DNA from: a virus
Lineage: Duplodnaviria > Caudoviricetes
Length of the DNA: 33,850 bases
Virus record (IMG/VR): IMGVR_UViG_3300049780_000015
Coordinates: 1 to 33,850 of that record
Strand: one strand, 5' to 3'
Program-made: the position numbers and the translations under genes
The notes under the pieces: generated by a model
What the model was told of the DNA's origin: nothing
Seen by the model: only the letters and a program-made list of their open reading frames with translations
Database searches by the model: none
Part shown: piece after piece, positions 7,886 through 16,245 of the stretch
Numbering within the stretch: the first letter of the stretch is position 1
How the letters are laid out: the number at the start of each line of letters is the position of its first letter

Positions 7886-8152
7886 ATGAGCATCTTCGAC
7901 ACGTGCGCCGCCGAGCTGCGCGCTCTTGCTGATGAGGCGAGGCGTCTGCCGCCGCCGAGTGCGCGGAATCCGGAGGCGTTTCATGAGGCTCGCGACGAGC
8001 TCGCCCTCCGGATCTCGGAGGTGGCGAACTTCCTGTCAGGCAGGTTCACACTCGCTCGTTCCGAGACCAGGCCGACCATCAAGGTCGGTTCGATCCGGAG
8101 CGCCAAAGGCAAGGTTGTGACGGTCGAATTTCGGGATTCAAAGCGGGTCTGA
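7886..8152 (+). CDS. Hypothetical protein
   Basis: MSIFDTCAAELRALADEARRLPPP...; in-frame ATG at 7886 downstream of the terminator. Confidence 0.65.
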   Translation: MSIFDTCAAELRALADEARRLPPPSARNPEAFHEARDELALRISEVANFLSGRFTLARSETRPTIKVGSIRSAKGKVVTVEFRDSKRV

Positions 8153-8380
8153 TCAAAGATGATGACCGCTAGGCTCCGACTTGATCATGATACCAGCGAG
8201 ATGACCGCAGAAGGCTTTGAACTTCGCGTCTTCGATCGCGTACCTCTCTTTCAACAGATGGCGTTCTGCCTCAACGCAGTGAGAGAGCAACATCGCAGTG
8301 TAAGGGTTGGGTGGCGGGATATCGTACGCCAGCTTTTTCACTTCCTGGATGAAGTCATCTATCCAACTGTCGTCGGTCAT
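8153..8380 (-). CDS. Hypothetical protein (moron)
   Basis: MTDDSWIDDFIQEVKKLAYDIPPP...; stop abuts the stop of the convergent gene. Confidence 0.55.
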   Translation of the reverse strand: MTDDSWIDDFIQEVKKLAYDIPPPNPYTAMLLSHCVEAERHLLKERYAIEDAKFKAFCGHLAGIMIKSEPSGHHL

Positions 8381-8598
8381 AATTGCCCCCGGGCATAAGG
8401 CTAATATTGCAAGAGTAGCCCGAGGTAGGCTCCGGTAACACTTCACCAGAAGAGCGGCCCAGATAGTAGTACGCCTTATCCGAAAGGGCCGCTGCGCCGC
8501 TCACGCAGCTGCGAATGACCATAGGATTACTCACGATAATCACCCTTCCCATGACCAATCGTGTAGGGTCCAAACTTTTAGCACGTAAGGATTTCCGC

Positions 8599-8838
8599 CT
8601 ACTCTGGTGTCTCAGACTTAGGCTTCAAAGCCGCTTCAATTTGCTGCGATGTAAGCACGCCCCAATCCCCTAGAACGGGCGTGATCCAAGCTCCCGGATT
8701 CTCTTTCAGTCTCGCGGCTGCTTCTTGAAGAGTGATGGGAGATGCTTCCGGGGTAAAAGTCGGTGTGCCGTCTGCACCGGCACGACGGACGGCGAAATAC
8801 ACCATCGTGTTGGGTCCGAGTTCACTCTGTTTGCTCAT
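8599..8838 (-). CDS. Hypothetical protein (moron)
   Basis: MSKQSELGPNTMVYFAVRR...; GAGGT upstream; divergent from the recombinase; the longer 9195 start is a shadow of the recombinase. Confidence 0.6.
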   Translation of the reverse strand: MSKQSELGPNTMVYFAVRRAGADGTPTFTPEASPITLQEAAARLKENPGAWITPVLGDWGVLTSQQIEAALKPKSETPE

Positions 8839-8914
8839 GGTGCATGCTACCTCGCTGGTCAGCGAATGTGACAGGCACAAGATCTCGGCGCACGAATTAA
8901 TCAGCGCTACCTCT

Positions 8915-9889
8915 ATGGATTCCATGCCTATGGAACTGCCGGTGCCGGTCGCGCCGGCGGACAACACGCCGACACTCACGGATGCACTGAGGTCGGCTGC
9001 GGAGTACGCCCAGTCGGAGAAGGCTGACGCCACCCGGCGGGCGTATCTCTCCGACTTCCGCGACTTCCACACCTGGTGTGAGGCGGTGCAGGCCTCGGCG
9101 CTTCCGGTGTCGATCGAGACGACGGCGGCATACCTCGCCCAACTCGCCGACAAGGGACTGAAGGCTTCAACCATCAGCCGCCGCGCAGCCGCCATCGGTT
9201 ACGTGCACCGAGCGAAGGGGTTCAAGCCGCCAACGAATGCGGAGCCGGTCAAGGCCGTGCTCCGAGGGATCCGCCGCCGCTTAGGGGCAGCCGTGAATCG
9301 CAAAGATCCGGCAACGGCATCGGCCATCGCAAGAATGGTGCGGCGGATCCCCGATAACCTTCAGGGCAAGAGGGACAAGGCGCTGCTCTTACTGGGCTTC
9401 GCCGCCGCCCTCCGCCGCTCCGAGCTCGTTGCCCTCGACCTGGCCGACCTGGAGCGAATGCCGGAAGGCATCATCGTCCACATCCGCAGGTCCAAGACGG
9501 ATCAGGAGGGCGAGGGCCACCAGGTCGCGGTGCCGCGGGGCTCGAAGCTCAAGCCCGTCGAGGCGCTCGAAGACTGGCTCCGCTCCGCCCTGGTGGAAAC
9601 CGGTCCGGTCTTCAGGTCAATCCGGAAGGGCGAATCTGTGAACCCAGATCGGCTCTCCGAAGGCTCAGTCGCCGATATCGTAAAGCGCTATGCCAAGGCC
9701 GCAGGCCTCGACCCGGAAACCTTCTCTGGCCACTCGCTCCGCGCCCGCTTTGTCACCTCCGCCCTCGAGGCAGGGGCCGACCTGCTCAAGGTGATGGACA
9801 TAACCCGCCACCGGGAAGTGAAGACCCTCAAGGCATACGACCGCCGCGCGAAGGCCTTCAAGAACCATGCTGGCAAGGGATTCCTTTAG
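8915..9889 (+). CDS. Cre-like tyrosine recombinase
   Basis: SAM-like N-domain (KADATRRAYLSDFRDF..WC), RDKALLLLGFAAALRRSEL, RSKTDQEGEG, SGHSLR, TRH, AYDR; no arm-binding domain; start at 8915, 8924 or 8930. Confidence 0.92.
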   Translation: MDSMPMELPVPVAPADNTPTLTDALRSAAEYAQSEKADATRRAYLSDFRDFHTWCEAVQASALPVSIETTAAYLAQLADKGLKASTISRRAAAIGYVHRAKGFKPPTNAEPVKAVLRGIRRRLGAAVNRKDPATASAIARMVRRIPDNLQGKRDKALLLLGFAAALRRSELVALDLADLERMPEGIIVHIRRSKTDQEGEGHQVAVPRGSKLKPVEALEDWLRSALVETGPVFRSIRKGESVNPDRLSEGSVADIVKRYAKAAGLDPETFSGHSLRARFVTSALEAGADLLKVMDITRHREVKTLKAYDRRAKAFKNHAGKGFL

Positions 9890-10686
9890 GAAGAAGACTT
9901 ATTGAACGGCTTTATGCCGTGCTTCACTTCGATTTCTTCCATTTGCCTAGTCAAATAAGCTCGTAGAGCGTGTACTTCATGCCTGATCTCATCAAGCCGC
10001 TTTACGGCTCCGTTCCCTTCCTCTGCGAGCTCTGAACTCAGACTGGGATCGTACTGCAGAGCTTGTCTGAATGTTTTAACGTCTTCTGAGCTGATTGAGT
10101 TGGGATCTTTACTTCTCCAATTTGGGTCAACGTCAATCACAGCGGAGATCAGCAAAGTTAACTGCAGTATAGCGCTTCGGGCCTGTCCAACCCATACGGC
10201 TACCATTGAGTCGCCGACAGCATTAGCTTGCGCCGCATTGAGGGCCTCTAGGCTCTTATCGAGCAGGATATGTTGGTGGAATAGGCGTGACCACGCTCTG
10301 ACTACACGTTCGTGATCAGGGCTCTCCAAGCAAGTCTTGTTGATCTCATTGATATTTGCCCTAGCAAACCGGACGTTTACAGATGCATTAAAAATAAGGT
10401 CCGTCAGGCTGTGCAGCGTCTTCAAACGCGCTGCCACTCTCGGGAGAAGAGACAATTCGGTTTGCCTATTCGCCGCTTGGACCTGCCCGAAAGCGAAACC
10501 AGTCGCGATTATGGCGATTAGAGCTCCGACTACGTTCCCGGCAGTACTGAACCAATTGCGGGCACAAACTACACCGCCCTCATTCTGCTCGCACCAGCCA
10601 GGTCCGAAGCTGATCAGAGCAACGACAGTGCAAAAGAGAAGCGCGGCGCAGAAGAATGCGACCGGCCAGTGATCTCGCAGTCTCAC
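9886..10686 (-). CDS. Membrane protein with two N-terminal TM helices and a helical cytoplasmic domain
   Basis: Hydrophobic WPVAFFCAALLFCTVVALISFG and AGNVVGALIAIIATGFAFG; GTG start with GGGGGA RBS; AT-richer; stop overlaps the recombinase stop. Confidence 0.8.
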   Translation of the reverse strand: MRLRDHWPVAFFCAALLFCTVVALISFGPGWCEQNEGGVVCARNWFSTAGNVVGALIAIIATGFAFGQVQAANRQTELSLLPRVAARLKTLHSLTDLIFNASVNVRFARANINEINKTCLESPDHERVVRAWSRLFHQHILLDKSLEALNAAQANAVGDSMVAVWVGQARSAILQLTLLISAVIDVDPNWRSKDPNSISSEDVKTFRQALQYDPSLSSELAEEGNGAVKRLDEIRHEVHALRAYLTRQMEEIEVKHGIKPFNKSSS

Positions 10687-10731
10687 GCAAGTCCCCCAGG
10701 CATTACGTCAGTAGCATACGCAGTGTGGGAT

Positions 10732-10757
10732 GCCTCCGCCAAGCCTGGAGGCTTTTC
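10732..10757 (+). terminator. Putative intrinsic terminator
   Basis: GCCTCCG...TGGAGGC followed by TTTTC. Confidence 0.5.
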
Positions 10758-10836
10758 TGGCTCGTAGGCTGAACCCTTAGGTCAGCATGCTAACTGAGGA
10801 CGGGGTAAAACTGCGAAGCGCCGAGAGCCGCCAGCA

Positions 10837-10980
10837 TCATTCTAAGTAAAAGAGAGTCATAAACGCGCAGACGCCAAGTCCGGCAAACAAGCCGATCCAT
10901 CTGAAGATCGCCTCAGATGGATCGGATGGACACGGCGGTTTAGGCCCCGCTGGAATGGGATCGTCATCGTCGTCATACAT
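10837..10980 (-). CDS. 47-aa single-TM peptide (not in ORF track)
   Basis: Manual translation MYDDDDDPIPAGPKPPCPSDPSEAIFRWIGLFAGLGVCAFMTLFYLE; G-rich RBS upstream. Confidence 0.5.
   Translation of the reverse strand: MYDDDDDPIPAGPKPPCPSDPSEAIFRWIGLFAGLGVCAFMTLFYLE
10892..10925. repeat. Perfect 13-bp inverted repeat with 8-bp asymmetric spacer (loxP-like geometry)
   Basis: CCGATCCATCTGA-AGATCGCC-TCAGATGGATCGG; arms do not extend inward or outward. The repeat is certain, its function is not. Confidence 0.85.
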
Positions 10981-11443
10981 GGCTACGGCCCCCCAGGCTG
11001 AGTAGGCGGACTAGAATCCTGATCCTCGTCGATGAGTCGAATCTTCTTCTGGATTACCCACAGCAAGATGCGGCTCATGGGACCGTCTGATGTTCGTCCT
11101 TAACCCACGCACCGGCTTGAGCGTCTCGCTCGCCCCCAGTCGGACATGCTCGCCGTGGACTGGGGTGAGCACGCATAATGGGTCACACGTGAAAGGCCCA
11201 CATCAGGAACAATCCTCCGATCCCAATGATCGCGATTAGGACCATCATGGCCCAGAACCGTCTTCGCCCTGATGGGAAGTCGCCGAACATGGTCGCCTCC
11301 AGCCCGCATGCATCTCGCGCGTCTACAGTGAGCTAGAAAATTAGGCCGAAACGTCTTGATACGCATCCTCGACCCGCGCACCGGCCATTTGGTCACCATT
11401 GAACCGAAGCCAAAGCCAAAGCCGAAGTGCGGAGTTCAGAATG

Positions 11444-11689
11444 CTACATGCCGGTGAACCGACAGTTGTGGGAGATCTGGGCCGAGATCACGACTTTCGC
11501 TTGGCTGCCATTTTCGCAGGCGTCAGAAGCCAAGATGAGGGCAGCCCAACGAGCCTCCTCCTCACTGGAGTAAAGGTAGAGCGTCCGTCCCTGGGACGAA
11601 ACTATCCAGATATCGTCTTGCTCTTGCTTGACTTCAAAGCGCTCCACCGGGGTCCCTCTCCCTGCAACCATTTGGTCAAGCTTATCCAT
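11444..11689 (-). CDS. Small hypothetical protein (DUF2188-like pattern)
   Basis: FEVKQEQDDIWIVSSQGRTLYLYSSEEEARWAALILASDACENGSQAKVVI beta-beta-beta-helix-beta pattern; start uncertain. Confidence 0.55.
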   Translation of the reverse strand: MDKLDQMVAGRGTPVERFEVKQEQDDIWIVSSQGRTLYLYSSEEEARWAALILASDACENGSQAKVVISAQISHNCRFTGM

Positions 11690-11774
11690 TCTATTTCGCA
11701 CCTGCAACATAGCCGCCGAACAGGTAATTTAGTTGCGGAAAATATCTAGCTCGCCTCCATCGCCCTTGAATCCC

Positions 11775-12191
11775 ATGGCACTGACCGACAAGCAGAAGAG
11801 GTTCGTTGAGGAATACCTCGTCGACCTGAACGCTACGCAGGCGGCCATTCGGGCGGGCTATAGCGAGAAGACGGCCGAGCAGCAGGCCTATCAGCTCCTT
11901 CAGAAAACTTCAGTTTCCGAGGCGATCGCAGTTGCCCAGGCCGCACGCTCTGAGCGAACCGAGCTGACCCAGGATTGGGTGCTAGACCGTCTTCGCGAGG
12001 TCACCGAACGATGCATGCAGCACGAGGCCGTTCTCGACCACGAGGGCAATCCGACGGGCGAGTACAAATTCAACGCCTCGGGCGCCAACAAATCGATCGA
12101 GCTGATCGGCAAGCACCTCGGCATGTTCAAGGACAATCTCAAGGTAAAGCTCGAGATCAGCCACGAAGATGCACTCTCAGAGCTTGAATGA
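11775..12191 (+). CDS. terS: Terminase small subunit
   Basis: LTDKQKRFVEEYLVDLNATQAAIRAGYSEKTA...IELIGKHLGMF signature; ATG 11775. Confidence 0.95.
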   Translation: MALTDKQKRFVEEYLVDLNATQAAIRAGYSEKTAEQQAYQLLQKTSVSEAIAVAQAARSERTELTQDWVLDRLREVTERCMQHEAVLDHEGNPTGEYKFNASGANKSIELIGKHLGMFKDNLKVKLEISHEDALSELE

Positions 12192-13764
12192 CCGGGAAAG
12201 GGAAATCCGCCGGCGCCTGAAGGATGACTTCGAGCACTACGCCCCTCGCTGTCTCTGGATCCGGCCGAAAGCAGGGCCTCTGGTCCGCTTCGGTCTGAAT
12301 AAGGCGCAGCGATACATCCACGAGAAGCTCGAGGAGCAGAAGCGGCTCATCGGCCGGGTTCGCGCTCTCATCCTGAAAGGACGTCAGCAGGGCTGCTCCA
12401 CTTATGTCGGCGGCCGCTTCTATCACCGCGTCAGCCACTCGAAGGGCCTGAAGGTCTTCATCCTCACCCACGAGGAGCAGGCGACCCTCAACCTGTTCGA
12501 GATGGTCGGCCGGTACCACGAGAATTGCCCCGAGCTGGTGAGGCCCTCGACAGGCGCAGCCAACGCCAAGGAGTTGAAGTTCGACCGGCTCGACAGTGCC
12601 TATAAGGTCGGTACCGCCGGCAACAAGGGCGCTGGCCGCTCGCTCACCGCGCAGCTCTTCCACGGCTCCGAGGTCGCCTTCTGGCCCAACGCTGAATCTC
12701 ACGCCGCTGGTGTCCTTCAGGCCGTTCCTAACGAGGAAGGCACTGAGGTCATCCTCGAGAGCACGGCGAACGGCGTCGGGAACTACTACCACCGCATGTG
12801 GCAGGAGGCCGAGCGCGGCGAGAACGGCTTCATCGCTATCTTCGTGCCTTGGTACTGGCAGGATGAGTATCGCGAGGAGCCGCCGGCGGATTTCGAGCTT
12901 TCGCCCGACGAGGACGAGCAGGGTGAGAGCGAGGTCAGCTACGCGGCCGCCTACGACCTCGACCAGGCGCAAATGTATTGGCGCCGGATCAAGATCCGCC
13001 AGCTCGGCGCATCGCTCTTCCGGCAGGAATATCCGGCTACGGCCGCTGAGGCCTTCCAGATGTCAGGACACGATAGCTTCATCTCCGCGCCTCTTGTCGT
13101 GAAGGCGCGCAAGTTCAGCGCTGAGCCCTCGGGCCCGCTGATCATGGGTTACGACCCGGCGTGGAAGACGGGCACGGACCGCAGCTCCATGGCGCTCCGG
13201 CGCGGCCGCAAGGTGCTCTCCGTCGAGAACCGGACTGGCCTCGACACCATGCAGTCTGTGGGCTGGGTCAAGAGCGTCATCGACAGCCAGGGCGTCAAGC
13301 GCTGCTTCGTCGACGTCACGGGCCTTGGTGCCGGCGTCTACGACCGGCTGTGCGAGATGGGCTATGGCGACGGCGGACGCGGAATCGTCCTGCCCGTCAA
13401 CTTCGGTGGCTCGCCGCTCGAGCCCCAACGCTTCGACCCAGCCACCGGTGAGGAGCTGCCTGGGCCGCTCAACCGGCGCGCCGAGATCTGGCTCAACTCC
13501 CGCGACTGGCTCGAAAGCCCTGCGGGCGTCGACATTCCGGATACCGACGAGCTGCAGGCCGATGCTTGCGGTCCTGGATACTCTTACGACAGCCGAACCC
13601 GGCTGATCATCGAGCCGAAAGAGAAGATGCGAGCCCGCGGCGTCCGAAGCCCAGACGGCTGGGACGCGGTCGCTCTGACCTTCGGCGAGCCTGTGATTGA
13701 CCAAGAGCCGCGCGAGCGGCGCCGCAAGCGCCGTCCAGGTGGCAGCGGCTGGATGGGTGCCTGA
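12169..13764 (+). CDS. terL: Terminase large subunit
   Basis: ILKGRQQGCST Walker A, HGSEVAFW Walker B, ESTANG, nuclease GYDPA / VDVTGLGAGVYDRL / SPDGWDAVALTF; start may be TTG 12184. Confidence 0.95.
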   Translation: MHSQSLNDREREIRRRLKDDFEHYAPRCLWIRPKAGPLVRFGLNKAQRYIHEKLEEQKRLIGRVRALILKGRQQGCSTYVGGRFYHRVSHSKGLKVFILTHEEQATLNLFEMVGRYHENCPELVRPSTGAANAKELKFDRLDSAYKVGTAGNKGAGRSLTAQLFHGSEVAFWPNAESHAAGVLQAVPNEEGTEVILESTANGVGNYYHRMWQEAERGENGFIAIFVPWYWQDEYREEPPADFELSPDEDEQGESEVSYAAAYDLDQAQMYWRRIKIRQLGASLFRQEYPATAAEAFQMSGHDSFISAPLVVKARKFSAEPSGPLIMGYDPAWKTGTDRSSMALRRGRKVLSVENRTGLDTMQSVGWVKSVIDSQGVKRCFVDVTGLGAGVYDRLCEMGYGDGGRGIVLPVNFGGSPLEPQRFDPATGEELPGPLNRRAEIWLNSRDWLESPAGVDIPDTDELQADACGPGYSYDSRTRLIIEPKEKMRARGVRSPDGWDAVALTFGEPVIDQEPRERRRKRRPGGSGWMGA

Positions 13765-15923
13765 TGGCTGACGAAACCAAGAAATCCGTCGACGCGGACG
13801 GTAGCGACAAGGACACCGAGTTCCACCGTGAGGCCGTCGCGCGCTATGACGCCGCCTGGCAGCGCGAGCAGGAGAACATCACGGCAGCCTATGAGGATCT
13901 CGAGTTCCTCACGGGTGAGCAGTGGGACTTGATGGTCAAGGCGGAGCGCGAGGCCGAGAACCGCCCGTGCATGACGATCAATGAGCTGCCTCAGTTCATT
14001 CGGCAGATCACAGGCGACATCCGCCAGATGCGTCCGGCCATCAAGTGCGTGCCGGTCGACGATCGCGGTGACCCGAAGACGGCGAAGGTCAATGCGGGCC
14101 TGATCCGGTATATCGAGAACCGCTCGGCTGCGAGCACGGTCTACTACCACGGCGCAGACAGCCAGGTGCAGGCTGGCATCGGCCACTGGCGCGTCATCAC
14201 CGAGTATGCGTCCGACACGACCTTCGAGCAGGAAATCCGCATCGACATGATCGAGGATGGGGTAGGGGTCCTCTGGGATCCTGACGCCATTCGCCTCGAC
14301 CGGTCGGACGCTGGCTATTGCTTCGTGCCGATCGACATGAGCACGGGTGCCTTCGAGAAGAAGTACCCGGACGCGTCGACCGACAGCTTCGGAGATCAGC
14401 AGTTCCGCGCCTTCCAAGGCTGGTACACCGACGATTCCGTGCGTGTCGCTGAGTACTGGTACAAGGAGCCGATCAAGCGGACCCTTCTCGTCTTCGAGAG
14501 CCAGATTGACGATCTGACCGACGCGAGCCCCGAGGAGCTGGCTGAGGCGCAGGAGCTCGCCGCGCGTGCGTCCTCTCAGGGCCTGGACGTCCGCATTGAA
14601 GAGCGGGACGGCTACCAGGTGATGCGCGCCATCATCAGCGGCTCTGAGATCCTCGAGGAGCCCAAGAAGTGGCCCGGCCGTTATATCCCGATCGTTCCTG
14701 TGATCGGTGAGCAGATCCAGGTCGGCCGCAAGCGCTTCCGGCACGGGGCCATCCGCTTCGCCCGCGATCCGCAGCGGCTGCTGAACTATTACGTCTCAGC
14801 CGATACCGAGATCGTCGCACTGCAGCCCAAGTCGCCGTTCGTTGGGACGGATAAGAACTTCGAGCGGTACCAGGACGAGTGGGAGAACGCGAACACTCAG
14901 AACCTGCCGTACCTGACCTATACGCCGGATCCGGCCAATGGTGGCGCGAGGCCAGAGCGCGTTCAGCCGCCGGTTTCGTCCCAAGGCATCCGCGAGGGCC
15001 TTCAGCTCGCCTCCGAGAAGCTAAGGGCAACCACTGGCATCTATGACGCCTCTCTCGGCCGCCAGAGCAACGAGACCAGCGGCAGGGCCATCGTGGCCCG
15101 GCAGCGCGAGGGCGATACCGGCACCTACGTCTATGTCGAGAACTTCAGCCAGGCCGTCGGCTACACTGGCCGCATCGTCCTCGACCTGATCCCGCACATT
15201 TACGACACAGCGCGCACCGTCCGCATCGTGGGCGAGGACGGCAAGGAAGAGCTGGTGAAGGTCAACCAGCCAACCGGCGTAGCATTCGACGGAGTCGGCG
15301 AGATCCAGCATGACGTCACGGTCGGAGCCTATGACATCGTCATGGAGATGGGCCCGTCCTACAACACCCGCAGAGAGGAAGCCCGCGAGGGCATGACGGC
15401 CTTCCTGCAGTCCGCTCCCGACGCTGCTCCGGCCGTGCTCGACCTGGTCGCCAAGGCCCAGGACTGGCCAATGGCAGACGAGATCGGCGAGCGCCTTGAG
15501 GCGATCATGCCGCCTCAGATGAAAGCCGCTCTGGCCGCCAAGAAGGGCGAGCCGCCGCCTCCGCCATCGCCTCAAGAGCAGGCCCAGGCTCAAGCCGAGC
15601 AGCAGCAACAGGAGCTCATGACCCAGGAGCACCAGCTCAAGCTCGGTGAGATCCAGGTGAAGGGCAAAGAGCTTCAGCTCAGAGAGGCTGAGCTCGAGAC
15701 GAAACTCGCCGCCCTCGCCATGCCGACGCAGCCTGCCGAAGATCCTCGCGTTGAGCAGCTCGCAGCCGCCGTCCAGGAAATGGGCCAGGTCCTTGGCGCG
15801 ATCGTCCAGGCACTCCAGCCACAGCAACCCGCTCCCGAGCCTCAGATGCCGGTTGAGCAGCCGACAATCGAGCAGCCTCTTGCTGCACCCGTGATTCCTG
15901 ATCAGGAGATCCCTTATGCCTAG
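13764..15923 (+). CDS. Portal protein (P22 gp1-like)
   Basis: 719 aa after terL; FLTGEQW, RPCMTINEL, ARDPQRLLNY, SNETSGRAIVARQREG, C-terminal Q-rich coiled coil. Confidence 0.93.
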   Translation: MADETKKSVDADGSDKDTEFHREAVARYDAAWQREQENITAAYEDLEFLTGEQWDLMVKAEREAENRPCMTINELPQFIRQITGDIRQMRPAIKCVPVDDRGDPKTAKVNAGLIRYIENRSAASTVYYHGADSQVQAGIGHWRVITEYASDTTFEQEIRIDMIEDGVGVLWDPDAIRLDRSDAGYCFVPIDMSTGAFEKKYPDASTDSFGDQQFRAFQGWYTDDSVRVAEYWYKEPIKRTLLVFESQIDDLTDASPEELAEAQELAARASSQGLDVRIEERDGYQVMRAIISGSEILEEPKKWPGRYIPIVPVIGEQIQVGRKRFRHGAIRFARDPQRLLNYYVSADTEIVALQPKSPFVGTDKNFERYQDEWENANTQNLPYLTYTPDPANGGARPERVQPPVSSQGIREGLQLASEKLRATTGIYDASLGRQSNETSGRAIVARQREGDTGTYVYVENFSQAVGYTGRIVLDLIPHIYDTARTVRIVGEDGKEELVKVNQPTGVAFDGVGEIQHDVTVGAYDIVMEMGPSYNTRREEAREGMTAFLQSAPDAAPAVLDLVAKAQDWPMADEIGERLEAIMPPQMKAALAAKKGEPPPPPSPQEQAQAQAEQQQQELMTQEHQLKLGEIQVKGKELQLREAELETKLAALAMPTQPAEDPRVEQLAAAVQEMGQVLGAIVQALQPQQPAPEPQMPVEQPTIEQPLAAPVIPDQEIPYA

Positions 15924-16242
15924 CAACGAACCCTTCATGGGTGTCCCCGATACAACCGTCAAAGTCGCCGTCACGACATCCCGACACGCAACTGCCTTGA
16001 AGGGCATCCCAGCCGACCGACGCCGCTTTCAGGCACGTATCGTCAACAAGTCCGGCAGCTCTGACGTGTGGCTTCGCTTCGGCAGTGACCTTTCCACGGT
16101 CACCGCGACGGTGAACCAAAGCCGCATCATCCCGGCTGGCAACACCGAGGTCTTCACACTGCCCGAGGGCACGAATTGCTTCGACGCGATCACCGAGAGC
16201 GGCACGGCAACCCTCTTCGTCGAGACCGGCGAAGGACTCTGA
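15916..16242 (+). CDS. Small beta-rich virion protein, possible head-spike base
   Basis: RIVNKSG..VWLRFG..TVTAT..IIPAGNTEVFT..GTATLFVETGEG; overlaps the portal stop; RBS AGGAG. Confidence 0.65.
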   Translation: MPSNEPFMGVPDTTVKVAVTTSRHATALKGIPADRRRFQARIVNKSGSSDVWLRFGSDLSTVTATVNQSRIIPAGNTEVFTLPEGTNCFDAITESGTATLFVETGEGL

Positions 16243-16245
16243 TCC

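Noticed and set aside
8355-8573. 72-aa minus-strand ORF filling an intergenic gap
   Set aside because: No clear RBS or motif; it may be real but cannot be supported from sequence alone.
8732-8914. N-terminal extension of the recombinase as a possible arm-binding domain
   Set aside because: It overlaps the divergent 8599-8838 gene and has no recognisable motif; family similarity starts after about 8915.
8915-9889. Recombinase as the prophage integrase marking an att boundary
   Set aside because: Coherent phage modules continue on both sides, no tRNA or host gene is adjacent, and it lacks a lambda-Int arm-binding domain. A junction between two elements cannot be fully excluded.
8153-11710. 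Integron or shufflon array around the tyrosine recombinase
   Set aside because: I found no repeated attC- or sfx-like sites between the small ORFs, and the enzyme is Cre-like with no IntI insertion. The GCTACCTC 8-mer at 8846 and 8906 is too short to support it.
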